Positions 46,085 to 55,600 of a stretch of 64,000 nt of DNA are shown here, one piece after another. The translations under genes and the position numbers were made by a program. The notes beneath the pieces were generated by a model that had not been told where the DNA came from, did no database searches, and saw nothing but the letters and a program-made list of their open reading frames with translations. The DNA comes from Planctomycetota bacterium. GTDB lineage: Bacteria > Planctomycetota > Phycisphaerae > Phycisphaerales > Phycisphaeraceae. How positions within the stretch are numbered: the stretch's first letter is position 1; each line of letters opens with the position of its first letter. The DNA lies in NCBI GenBank assembly GCA_039188575.1, contig JBCCYY010000010.1:4836-68835 (forward strand), written 5' to 3'.

Positions 46085-47897
46085 CCCGTATCCCTTGCTC
46101 GAGGCCTGCCTCAACGGCGAACTAGAAGACCAGGACTTCCTCGCCTTCAACGCCTGGCTGCGCGAAGACCCCGAGCACCTGCGCCAGTGGGTCCTCGCCT
46201 CGTTCATGAGCCACGAACTCGCCGAGGCTCTGGCCCAAGAGTCGGCCACGATTGAACGTCCGCCCGTCATCGACCAGGCCGGCGCCGCGGGGCAGGGGGT
46301 CATGGACGCGGAGGTCCTTAGCCTGCTTGAGCAGATCGAGGCCGCGTCGCACGACGCCCCGCTGCGCGAGCTCGACCTGACACAGGGTAAGACGTCCAGG
46401 CCCAGCCGCCAGCGTTCGTCAGATTCGATCGATCTGGGCGCCGCAATGAGCGACCTGAGCTGGGCCGTCGGCAAACTGGCCCGCAAGCTACTGGCCTCCA
46501 AGCCGGCGTACTCTGCCTACGCCGCAGCTGCCGTCTTGCTGTGCGTCGTCTTTTTCATGCACTGGGGCGGTGAAGACGCCGAGCCGATCGCCGAATTGCC
46601 GCCAGTTAATACAGCCCCGGGTGTCGAAACGCCGAGCCCGTTCATGCCGCCGGTCGCGACCCTGGCCGCCGAGCGAGATGCGGTCTGGCATCGCCGACCG
46701 GGCGAAGACCTCTATGCTGGCCAGCGTTTCACACTCAATCAAGGCTTCGCCGAGGTCGTTACCACGCGCGGCGCGATTGCTCTGATCGAAGCCCCTGCCA
46801 CGATCGAGTTTCTCGATAACCCTAACGCGATCTATCTACACAGCGGCAAACTCGTCGGCATCTGCGAAACCCAATCATCCAAGGGCTTTGTCGTCCGCAC
46901 GCCTCAAATGGATATGGTTGACCTGGGTACCGAGTTCGGCGTGACGGTACGGCGAGACCGTGTCGAAACCGTGGTATTTGACGGGGAGGTCGAGGTTTAC
47001 CCCACCAAGCCCCCAGGCGCCTCCGGGAGCACCGCACCGGTCCGCTTGTCACGCGGGCAGTATGCCGCTGCCGGCCCGGCGGGCACGCTCGCCTCGGGTG
47101 ACATGACCGACGGCAGCGTTGGGCTGTCGTATCTTCGTTCGCTGAACCCCGATGAGGTGGCATCGAGGCGGTATGCCCAGTCTGTTCTTGAACAGAAGCC
47201 TCTGATCTATTGGGGGATGCAAGACTTGGCAGTACAGGCTGTTGTCAATCGTGGCACTGCCGGCAACCGCTACGACGGCCGTGCCCAAGCCACCGAGCAG
47301 CGAGAAGGCGGGGTCGGTGGGGCCTATGCCCGCTTCGGCAACGCCGGCGATGACTCGGTGATCGCGGTAGACGAGCCGATTAAAGAGATTCAAGGGGCCG
47401 ACAGCTACACCATCGAGTGCTGGGCCCGGGTGGAAAAACATCATCGCGGCATGGTTGCGGTCCTGACCGCCGGCAACAGGCGCAACATCATGCACCTCGA
47501 AGTGCTTGATAATTTGTACGGGAGCGATGTCGGGGGCACCGCCCGCACGGTTCGTTTTATGCACCGCGAAAAACCTGCTGAAACAGGCGGCCAACAGCTC
47601 TACAGCGACCCGTACCCACTCGGTGTCTGGATGCACCTGGTCTGTGTGAAAAACGGAGACAGTGTCGCGTTCTATGTGGACGGCGAGTTGGTTGCTCAGC
47701 AAGCCTGCGAGCGTTTTTTCTCCGGCACGCTACAGCTCATGATCGGGCGTTTAGACCCCAAGCAGGGCAGCTTGGACAGGAACGCCCGCACCTTTTACGG
47801 GGACCTGGATGAGTTTGCCCTCTACCCCCATGCGTTAGACCTCGAAACCATCCGACGCCATTACGCGTTGGGGACCGAGGCGCTTGGTGATCAATGA
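46077..47897 (+). CDS. FecR-like anti-sigma factor with C-terminal LamG-like jellyroll
   Basis: GTG start overlaps the sigma gene; one transmembrane helix (AAVLLCVVFF); FecR motif FVVRTP...VDLGTEFGV...VFDGEV; LamG YTIECW, WMHLVCV, GDLDEFALY. Confidence 0.85.
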   Translation: MSDPYPLLEACLNGELEDQDFLAFNAWLREDPEHLRQWVLASFMSHELAEALAQESATIERPPVIDQAGAAGQGVMDAEVLSLLEQIEAASHDAPLRELDLTQGKTSRPSRQRSSDSIDLGAAMSDLSWAVGKLARKLLASKPAYSAYAAAAVLLCVVFFMHWGGEDAEPIAELPPVNTAPGVETPSPFMPPVATLAAERDAVWHRRPGEDLYAGQRFTLNQGFAEVVTTRGAIALIEAPATIEFLDNPNAIYLHSGKLVGICETQSSKGFVVRTPQMDMVDLGTEFGVTVRRDRVETVVFDGEVEVYPTKPPGASGSTAPVRLSRGQYAAAGPAGTLASGDMTDGSVGLSYLRSLNPDEVASRRYAQSVLEQKPLIYWGMQDLAVQAVVNRGTAGNRYDGRAQATEQREGGVGGAYARFGNAGDDSVIAVDEPIKEIQGADSYTIECWARVEKHHRGMVAVLTAGNRRNIMHLEVLDNLYGSDVGGTARTVRFMHREKPAETGGQQLYSDPYPLGVWMHLVCVKNGDSVAFYVDGELVAQQACERFFSGTLQLMIGRLDPKQGSLDRNARTFYGDLDEFALYPHALDLETIRRHYALGTEALGDQ

Positions 47898-47975
47898 CCT
47901 TACCCCGCCCAACACGTTGTCGGGCTTTATTTCATCTGCGCTTTTTGCGCGACACATCTCTATGGAGAATTTGTT

Positions 47976-48728
47976 ATGCGACGATTTCTGAATCTTTCTC
48001 TTCTTACCATCGGCACACTGGGCCTTGCTGTTCAAGCCGACGCGGCGACCGTCCCCTTCGTTGGGTTCAATGGCGGCAACGACTTGATCGTCGTCGAGGC
48101 GGATGAGTTTAATGTCGGCGGTACCCCTGGTAATACAGTTTTTGCCACCCCTCCAGCCGCCCCAATCGACCCAGGGACCACCACTCAGACGCAGAGTTCC
48201 TTCGCCGATGCGGATACTTGGAAGTACCGCCCGTCCAGCGGCAGCAATGATTGGAACGGTGTACCCGACGTGTTTAGCGGCGTCTACAGCAGCTTTGGTA
48301 ATGGAGCAACCGACAACGCAGCTATGACGGTCACCACCTCTGTCACCGGGTTGGCATCCAACACCTACAATGTTTATGCGATCTACCTATCAACTGCAGG
48401 CGATGATCCCTCGGGTGGTATAGCCGCGGCCTTGTCCGGAGATCCCTTGGTGGATTATGCAGGGGATGGAGGCGGTGCGATTTCCCTCGGAGTTACCGGC
48501 AATGGCAATGACTCGGGCTTCATCGCTTTCGCGGTCCAGATCGGCACCGTCACCGGAACCGGCTTTGATGTCGATGCCGGCCTCAGGTCGACTACTGACG
48601 ACCTTACATCTGGTGTTTCCCAGCGTAATGTCTATATCGGTGTGGGCTATCAAATCGTTCCTGAGCCCGGCTCACTGGCGCTACTCGCTGTAGGTGGCCT
48701 GTGCGTCCTGCGTCGTCGGCGTGGTTAA
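47976..48728 (+). CDS. PEP-CTERM surface protein
   Basis: Signal peptide; IVPEPGSLALLAVGGLCVLRRRRG. Confidence 0.9.
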   Translation: MRRFLNLSLLTIGTLGLAVQADAATVPFVGFNGGNDLIVVEADEFNVGGTPGNTVFATPPAAPIDPGTTTQTQSSFADADTWKYRPSSGSNDWNGVPDVFSGVYSSFGNGATDNAAMTVTTSVTGLASNTYNVYAIYLSTAGDDPSGGIAAALSGDPLVDYAGDGGGAISLGVTGNGNDSGFIAFAVQIGTVTGTGFDVDAGLRSTTDDLTSGVSQRNVYIGVGYQIVPEPGSLALLAVGGLCVLRRRRG

Positions 48729-48850
48729 TCTCGTTTTCTCCTTCAAACGGCTTCGTGTCCCGCAAGGGGCACGACGCCATTCTCCTGTGGCCAGTTCTTT
48801 GTTCGGCCCTCTCAGGCTGTTGGTCACACTTCTGTTCTCCTTCTTAAGGA

Positions 48851-49624
48851 ATGACGCTCATGTCTCCCTATCTAAAATCCCGTGGCTTCACACTGATCGA
48901 ACTGCTCGTTGTCATCTCGATTATCGCGTTGTTGATCGCGATCCTGCTGCCCGCCCTCGGGGCGGTCCGGAGGTCGGCAGAACTTACACAGTGTGCATCG
49001 GGGATGCATCAGATCGGCGTTGGGGCAATGGCCTATGCCGTCGACAACGACAATGAGCTGCCGAAAACAGTCTCGGCTTTTAATCCAGCCGCCCCGGTGA
49101 GGCACCCGTATGAGACAAGGATCGCGACCTCGATCCACTATAACCCAGAAGACAAAGAATCCAGCATTGCCGCTTTGTGGGACGGCGGATATATCGAGAC
49201 CCCGGAGATCTTTTACTGCCCCAGCCAGACAAGTGAGAAGTTGGTCTTCTCATTTAACAAGGATGCTACCGGCCAGTGGGGCATCAATCCCAGCAGCTTC
49301 GCCCTGCGGATGGCATACATGTGGAACCCCAACGACAAGAATGATGCGCGTGGTATCCTCTACGATCAAGTGGATCAGATGAGGTCGGATTATCTATTGA
49401 TGATCGATACGGTTGAGTCTGTTGAAATCACGGCACATATCGAAGCGAAGGGATTCAACGCGATGCGTGCCGATGGCAGCGTTGCCTTCGAGTCCTCATC
49501 CGATGGGTGGGAAGCCCTGGAGAAGTTCACTGATGATGGGACTGATATCGCGAGGCTGTGGGACCCCTGGAACGAGATCGTCGACAAGCTGCTGGATGAG
49601 TACCCGGAAGGACGCAATGATTAA
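48851..49624 (+). CDS. prepilin-type N-terminal cleavage/methylation protein
   Basis: SRGFTLIELLVVISIIALLIAILLPAL; FYCPS; H....FNAMRADGSV. Confidence 0.9.
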   Translation: MTLMSPYLKSRGFTLIELLVVISIIALLIAILLPALGAVRRSAELTQCASGMHQIGVGAMAYAVDNDNELPKTVSAFNPAAPVRHPYETRIATSIHYNPEDKESSIAALWDGGYIETPEIFYCPSQTSEKLVFSFNKDATGQWGINPSSFALRMAYMWNPNDKNDARGILYDQVDQMRSDYLLMIDTVESVEITAHIEAKGFNAMRADGSVAFESSSDGWEALEKFTDDGTDIARLWDPWNEIVDKLLDEYPEGRND

Positions 49625-49715
49625 CAGTCCACTCGGCGGTTTGTATTTGGTTTCTACGCTTTGTGTCGAACATCAGTTTGTTCTATAGAAAGCAAGTATC
49701 CTGTGATGGAGGATC

Positions 49716-51413
49716 ATGATGTATCGATCGTGTTTCAGCGCCCTTATGATTTTGTTTACTGCAGCCTCGCCGGCCTTGGGGCAAGGGCTTTCTGACCCCC
49801 TTCCCGCACCAACCGACAACGGCTTTCGTATCGGCTACGAGCGTGTATTGATTGCACCCAATACGAGTGGCATTGTTGATAGTCGTGATAGTCGTACTAG
49901 GATTAATTTTTTCAACGAAGCCCCGGATGGCCGGCACTTCTTAAACGACTTGCGAGGCCAACTCTATACGATTGATTCCACGATCAGCCCGACCGACAAC
50001 AAGGGAACGACCACAAAGTACCTAGACCTCAACGACAGGTTTACAGATCTAAGATACGACAGCGGTCTGGCGGCAGGTTTTATCAATTTTACGTTTCATC
50101 CCGAATTCGTGACAAACGGCAAGTTCTACACGATCCATGCTGAACGTGGCCAGGATGCCCAGAGCAACGGGAAGAACCCTGACTTTATCCCCCCGACGTT
50201 CGATCAAAGTGATATCACACACCACACGGTCATTACCGAGTGGACCGCGAACAATCCTGCCGCTAGTGTTTTTTCGGGGAGCTCCAGGGAACTGCTCCGC
50301 GTAGGCACTGTCCCGCGAAGCTATTTCCACCCCTTCGGCGATGCTCAATTTAATCCTAATGCCCGGCCCAGCGATGACGACTATGGGCTGCTCTACATCT
50401 CTGGCGGCGACCACGGCTTCATCAATGGCCTGGGCGCAGGTGGGGCCGACCCTTCCAACGACACACCGCTTCCAAGTCAACTCCAGCGGCTAGATACCCT
50501 CGCAGGCACCTTGATCCGCATTGACCCACGCAGCGCAAGCGAAACCGGAGGTATCGCGGGCATCGGCGACTATACGATCCCAGATATCAACCCCTTCGCG
50601 AATGACAACGACGCGAATACACTAGGTGAAGTCTTTGCCTATGGTCTTCGGAACTCCCACCGGATCACTTGGGATAGTGTTGATGTTGAGCAGAATGACG
50701 GCGTGACCGGCAGCCTCTATGCTTCCGACATTGGCGGTGCTGAAATTGAAGAAGTCAACCGTATTATCGCAGGCGGAAACTATGGCTGGGTCTATCGCGA
50801 AGGGACTTTTGTCAACGCTCTGGATTTCGCAGACAACGATACTTCTAATAATAGTTTGGATGATACCTTTATTGTTAATGTCGATAGTGATGACGATGAT
50901 GGGGACAATTTCTTGTACCCCGTTCTTCAGTACGACCATGATTCTGCGAATACAGGCTTTGCGATCGCTGGCGGCATCGTCTACCAGGGGTCGATTCCTG
51001 AATTGCAAGGCAAGTTTATCTTTGGAGATATCGTGACAGGCCGTCTTTTCGTCTCCGAACTCGACGACATCCGCAATATTGACTTGGACCGTGACATCAA
51101 CTCACTTGTTGGGGATGATCCGCTTCTTGGTTCTGCGCCGTTCGAAACTTTTGAATTAATCGATGAGGACGGAAATAGTAAAACACTGCGTGATTTGGTC
51201 CAAGAGAATCTGGGATCGGGCTACAGCAGCCGTATTGATCTTCGTTTTGGTGTTGATGCTGAGGGCGAGATTTATGTCCTAACAAAATCTGATGGCGCAC
51301 TTATTCGCCTGGTACCAGAGCCAAGCTCGCTGGTGCTGTTAGGTAGCGTGGGTGCTTTCATGCTACATCGTCGGCGAAGTCGATACGAAATGCTACAAGA
51401 GCGACAAATATAG
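49716..51413 (+). CDS. glucose/sorbosone dehydrogenase-like (soluble PQQ sugar dehydrogenase fold) with PEP-CTERM
   Basis: FTFHPEF..NGKFY, FNP....GLLYISGGD, GTLIRIDP, IP.INPF, EVFAYGLRNSHR..WD, GGNYGW, YDH, GKFIFGD; LVPEPSSLVLLG..RRR tail. Confidence 0.8.
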   Translation: MMYRSCFSALMILFTAASPALGQGLSDPLPAPTDNGFRIGYERVLIAPNTSGIVDSRDSRTRINFFNEAPDGRHFLNDLRGQLYTIDSTISPTDNKGTTTKYLDLNDRFTDLRYDSGLAAGFINFTFHPEFVTNGKFYTIHAERGQDAQSNGKNPDFIPPTFDQSDITHHTVITEWTANNPAASVFSGSSRELLRVGTVPRSYFHPFGDAQFNPNARPSDDDYGLLYISGGDHGFINGLGAGGADPSNDTPLPSQLQRLDTLAGTLIRIDPRSASETGGIAGIGDYTIPDINPFANDNDANTLGEVFAYGLRNSHRITWDSVDVEQNDGVTGSLYASDIGGAEIEEVNRIIAGGNYGWVYREGTFVNALDFADNDTSNNSLDDTFIVNVDSDDDDGDNFLYPVLQYDHDSANTGFAIAGGIVYQGSIPELQGKFIFGDIVTGRLFVSELDDIRNIDLDRDINSLVGDDPLLGSAPFETFELIDEDGNSKTLRDLVQENLGSGYSSRIDLRFGVDAEGEIYVLTKSDGALIRLVPEPSSLVLLGSVGAFMLHRRRSRYEMLQERQI

Positions 51414-51620
51414 CTAGTGGTCTACGGACAACCACATGTACGAACAAGCAGGCGCCTCATCAGCAAGCACTTGTTTCACGTTCAAGGCATATAGGCCGTA
51501 GGTGAGAGACAGTACATATTGAACAGGGAGTATCCTCCTTCACTTGGGTTCGTTCCATACGGGCGAATCCAGGTTTCCAAAGCATTATTCTCAGATTGAT
51601 CTCAAAAGGAGTTTGATAAC

Positions 51621-52328
51621 ATGAACCAAGTCATCGCACTGGCCTTCTTCATGACTATTTCTATAGGCTCATTCGGTGCCGAGACACAGAGCCTGTTCAA
51701 TGGGACAGACCTGACCGGATGGACACAAGCGACCGGTTCTGCAAGCTACGAGGTGGAGCCGGGATTGAATGGGGCGCCCGCTTCGATCCTTGGCAAAACG
51801 ATTCAGAATGACAGCGTCAATAGTTTCCTGGTCACCGAAGACACGTATAGCGATTTTATTCTTGAGTACGAGTTTAAAGTCGACTCGAATTTAAACTCAG
51901 GCGTTCAGTTTCGGAGCTTTATTAACTCGAACAATCGGGTCCAAGGCTATCAGTCGGAAATCGATCCAAGTTCGCGTGCATGGAGCGGAGGCTTGTTTGA
52001 AGAACAGGGTCGCGGTTGGCTGAATGACTTGAGCAACAACGCCGCGGCTCGTAGTGCGTTTGTCGCAAATGAATGGAACCATATCAAGATCCGTGCGGAA
52101 GGTACCCATATCCAAACGTGGATTAATGGCGTTCAAGCCGTTGATTATGTTGAGAAAAACCCGGCGATCCCAACAGAGGGTTTCATCGGTCTGCAGGTCC
52201 ATACGGAACCCCAAGCAGATTTGGAGGTCCGCTGGAGGAACCTCAACTTGATACAAATACCCGAGCCCAGTTCGTTGGTGTTACTCAGTTTGGGCGGCTT
52301 GCTGATCACTCGCCGTCGTCGTGGCTGA
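51621..52328 (+). CDS. DUF1080 (3-keto-disaccharide hydrolase) with PEP-CTERM
   Basis: SLFNGTDLTGW, YSDFILEYEFK, NSGVQFRS, GYQSEI, WNHIKI, INGV, GFIGLQVH, WRN; IPEPSS tail. Confidence 0.9.
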   Translation: MNQVIALAFFMTISIGSFGAETQSLFNGTDLTGWTQATGSASYEVEPGLNGAPASILGKTIQNDSVNSFLVTEDTYSDFILEYEFKVDSNLNSGVQFRSFINSNNRVQGYQSEIDPSSRAWSGGLFEEQGRGWLNDLSNNAAARSAFVANEWNHIKIRAEGTHIQTWINGVQAVDYVEKNPAIPTEGFIGLQVHTEPQADLEVRWRNLNLIQIPEPSSLVLLSLGGLLITRRRRG

Positions 52329-52429
52329 TTCTCAAGCACCACCGACATCACGTGGGGTTCGTTGCTATTTGGAGAGGATAACGCTGTTCCCGACGCCGTC
52401 TGTTCGTACCTTAAACCTTCGGAAGAAAA

Positions 52430-55276
52430 ATGAAAAAACGATTTAGTTTTATCGCAGTAGCCGCCTTGCTGGCTTGCCCGCTGTTGGCCTTTAATGTGAC
52501 CGCGGGCCAGGCAGTAAAGGTCTATATTCTTGCCGGGCAATCCAATATGGAAGGCCATGCATCGGTCTCGACGCTCGACGCGGTGCTCGGCGACCCGGCA
52601 CAACGAGACGCGATCAAGCACCTCAAGCACGACGGCCAGTGGGTGGAGCGTGACGATGTCTTTGTCACCTTCCTGGACCGGGCGCACTCGGCGCTCAGCC
52701 CGGCGCACGGGCCGCTGACAGTGGGGTATGGCACGCCGAAGAGCCTGCGCGGCCCGGACGGCAAGCGGAAGAGGTACGCCGGCGTCGGGCCTGAGCTCGG
52801 CATCGGCTGGGTGCTGGGTGAGCACCACAACGAGCCGGTGCTGCTGATCAAGGCGGCGTGGGGCGGCCGGGCGATCAAGCACACGTTCCGCCCGCCGAGC
52901 GCGGCAATGCCCAGCGAGGAAGAACTCAAAGCGCACCTGGCGAAGTCCCAGCGAAAGAACCCAGACATGACACTCGAAGCGCTGCGCACGTCGTACGGCC
53001 AGGACTACCGCAAGGTGCTGTCTGAGGTCGCGCGTGTGCTGGACAACATCGATCAGTACGTGCCGGGCTACGACAAAGACAAGGGCTACGAGTTGGCCGG
53101 GTTAATCTGGTTCCAGGGGTGGAACGACATGGTCGGCGGCGGGAATGGTGTGGTCAGTGTGCGAGTCCCGAAGCTTGGCAGATATAGTTCGACTTGGCCT
53201 ATCGATTGCCCTAAGTCGTCCGAGATTATTCAAGACCATGCAGAGTATTTGATTAGAGCCCAGGTAGCCGAGGGATGGTTCGACGCCAAACGGAAGGGCG
53301 GCCTCACGGAGGTCATGGGGGCGTTATTCCTGCTTTCGCTTGATGATCCCCGATATGAAAAAAATAATAAGCGCTTTGCACAAGCCCTCAGTCAATCGTT
53401 ACTTAAAGGATCGATGCGTAGCACCTGGCACTTGGGTTATCAGGTCATCTATCTCTCCGAGTACTACTTAAAGACGGGCGACACATCTGTTCTGCCATCA
53501 ATCGAAGCCGCGTGTAAGAAAGCCGCAGAACACCAGCAGGCCGGGAGCTGGGGGCACTACATGGCCCCTGTCAACGTGGGTTATGTACAAGGCGGGTTGA
53601 TGAATAATGCTGGCGTGACGATGTTCCTGGGCTTGGCGCTGGCAAGAGAGTGTGGGGTGACAGTCAGTGAAGAGGCTTTCCAGCGAGCAGCCGTTTTCTT
53701 CTACCGCATGGCTGGGCGCGGCAGCATTGCTTACGGTGACCATCGTGCCGAGATGCGTCTTGATACGAATGGACGTAATGCAGCGATTGCTTGCGCCTTT
53801 AGCCTGATCGACGAGAAGCCTTTTCAGTCGGCATCTGAGCATCTCACCATGATGGTTGCAGAGTCCTACTCTGTTGCCGAGTCGGGGCATACCGGCGGAG
53901 CGTTTAACATTCTCTGGCGCGGCATCTCGCTGCCGCTCCTGCCCGAGGGCGCGCGGTTTGAGCAGGCGCGGCAACTTCATATGAATCAGCTTGGATGGTA
54001 TTACGACTTGTGTCGGCTGCCTAATGGAGGATTTAGCATGCTCCCTTCGCCGCCCAATAAAACACGGTATGTCGGCGAGTCCTGGGGACGCGGGCTTGGA
54101 CTGACCTATACGGCACCCATGCAGACCCTGCGAATGACAGGGGGCGCACGAACAAAGTACAGCAAGCAAGCTCCTGAGTTTGATTTGGCCGAGCTTCAGC
54201 CGTGGACGAACCAACACGATGAGTATTTTTTAATTACTGAACATGCCAAGGGCTACGGTAAAGACAGGCAAACACCCCATGAAATAAAGGCATTCTTGGA
54301 AGAGCGGCAGCCCTCGATTGAATATGCTGCAAAGATCCTGCGCCACCACAACCCTGCGATACGGTTCGAGGCATCACGCGTCCTAGGTCAGGCTAAGACC
54401 AACGATGCTTATCAAGCGATTGAGCAAGCACTACAAGATGAGGACCCGCGTGTCCGGCGAGCAGCATGTGATGCGATTTCGAATTACGCCAACTTTAGAA
54501 CATTTCCAGATGGGCATAAGATCCCCCGCGCGGTTGTATCAGAGCGGTTTATACCGCACATCGAGAAAATGCTGAGGGACCCCGATGCCGCGGTATGGGA
54601 GTTGGACGGGGCGCTCTGGGCACTGGGTATGGGCAAGCCCGACGATATCCGCCGAAACCGAGAAACGATTAACCGTTATTCCGAGCATGAAGAGTGGTAC
54701 TTGCGTGAGAGCGCCTACTGGGCCATGGTCGGCTTGGGTAAGGACATATCCAGTGAAGAGTTTTTGTTCTTGGCCGAGATATTTAATCGCTCCGCACACA
54801 TCTACGAGCGCGGGTCGTACAGCAGTGGGATCACCTGGCTAACCAAGGGTAGCCAGCGGGCACAGCTGCCACCTGAAACGATTGCGGCATTTGCAAAAAT
54901 GATGGGTGACCATCTCCACAATGTGGCGATTACTGCGGGTTACGACAAGATGGCCGCACGCCACGAGGCCGCGCACCGTGTGGTTATGGTTCTAGGCCGA
55001 TTCAGCGACCCACCATACGAACTTATTGCAGCTGATCTTGCAACCTATATGGACGAGTGGGAGCCAGGTAATCAGCATGGCGACTGGCTCATTGTTGGTA
55101 ATAAATGGCAGCCTGGTCTCGTACAGATCGCAAGCGAAATGGGTGAGGGTGCGGGTTCTTTGATTAAGAAGTTTGAGTACTGTTTGCGGCAAGACTACTG
55201 GAATTTGAACGATAAAAAACAGGTACCTATCTACGAAGCAATGCAAGGTGTGGTAGACGCATATAAGCGCCGCTGA
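52430..55276 (+). CDS. chimeric protein: truncated SASA/SGNH esterase N-terminus fused to DUF6288 C-terminal region with HEAT repeat
   Basis: Signal peptide, ILAGQSNMEG, GPELG, LLIKAAWGG, WFQGWND, then an abrupt switch at about 53146 to VRVPKLGRYSSTWPIDCPKS...W.LGY...LSEYYL.TGD, GGLMN.AG, G.HTGG (DUF6288-like). Codon style shifts at the junction. Confidence 0.7.
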   Translation: MKKRFSFIAVAALLACPLLAFNVTAGQAVKVYILAGQSNMEGHASVSTLDAVLGDPAQRDAIKHLKHDGQWVERDDVFVTFLDRAHSALSPAHGPLTVGYGTPKSLRGPDGKRKRYAGVGPELGIGWVLGEHHNEPVLLIKAAWGGRAIKHTFRPPSAAMPSEEELKAHLAKSQRKNPDMTLEALRTSYGQDYRKVLSEVARVLDNIDQYVPGYDKDKGYELAGLIWFQGWNDMVGGGNGVVSVRVPKLGRYSSTWPIDCPKSSEIIQDHAEYLIRAQVAEGWFDAKRKGGLTEVMGALFLLSLDDPRYEKNNKRFAQALSQSLLKGSMRSTWHLGYQVIYLSEYYLKTGDTSVLPSIEAACKKAAEHQQAGSWGHYMAPVNVGYVQGGLMNNAGVTMFLGLALARECGVTVSEEAFQRAAVFFYRMAGRGSIAYGDHRAEMRLDTNGRNAAIACAFSLIDEKPFQSASEHLTMMVAESYSVAESGHTGGAFNILWRGISLPLLPEGARFEQARQLHMNQLGWYYDLCRLPNGGFSMLPSPPNKTRYVGESWGRGLGLTYTAPMQTLRMTGGARTKYSKQAPEFDLAELQPWTNQHDEYFLITEHAKGYGKDRQTPHEIKAFLEERQPSIEYAAKILRHHNPAIRFEASRVLGQAKTNDAYQAIEQALQDEDPRVRRAACDAISNYANFRTFPDGHKIPRAVVSERFIPHIEKMLRDPDAAVWELDGALWALGMGKPDDIRRNRETINRYSEHEEWYLRESAYWAMVGLGKDISSEEFLFLAEIFNRSAHIYERGSYSSGITWLTKGSQRAQLPPETIAAFAKMMGDHLHNVAITAGYDKMAARHEAAHRVVMVLGRFSDPPYELIAADLATYMDEWEPGNQHGDWLIVGNKWQPGLVQIASEMGEGAGSLIKKFEYCLRQDYWNLNDKKQVPIYEAMQGVVDAYKRR

Positions 55277-55600
55277 ACACAAACTTTGTATCGTCAGATC
55301 TTTAGGGTGGGAGTAAGGGGGTTGGGAGTCGCTTTCGGGGCTGTCTCACAGCGCGTACACTGAAATCGTTTGGGGAAAATAGAGATGATCGTGCGAGGCC
55401 TTTTAAGAGTTGCGCGTTGATAGTGTTGACCGGATTGCACGCGCGGGGTTGTGGATTGGGTTTTGGTTGAGGGGGATCATATCAAAATCGCCGAGTGTGT
55501 CGGCGGCTTTGAGGATGCTCGTGCGCGCCTGGGTTTTGGGTCATTTAAATCAGTCCGCGTGACCTGCACGTTCTGCGCGACATCGCAGAGAACAGAAGCA

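Noticed and set aside
47904-47932. GCCCAACA-CGT-TGTCGGGC-TTTATTT hairpin after the anti-sigma gene as a terminator
   Set aside because: The stem has a mismatch and a 3-nt loop, and the U tract is interrupted; plausible but not well supported.
45469-52395. Shared motif TAACGC-N5/6-CCGACG upstream of the ECF sigma gene (45469-45486) and of the 52430 gene (52379-52395) as an ECF promoter
   Set aside because: Only two instances, with unequal spacing, and no match upstream of the other candidate target genes. Too weak without a genome-wide motif search.
55277-55600. Intergenic 320 nt at the end of the lower-GC block as an IS end or ncRNA
   Set aside because: I found no terminal inverted repeat, direct repeat, convincing ORF or stable structure by eye.
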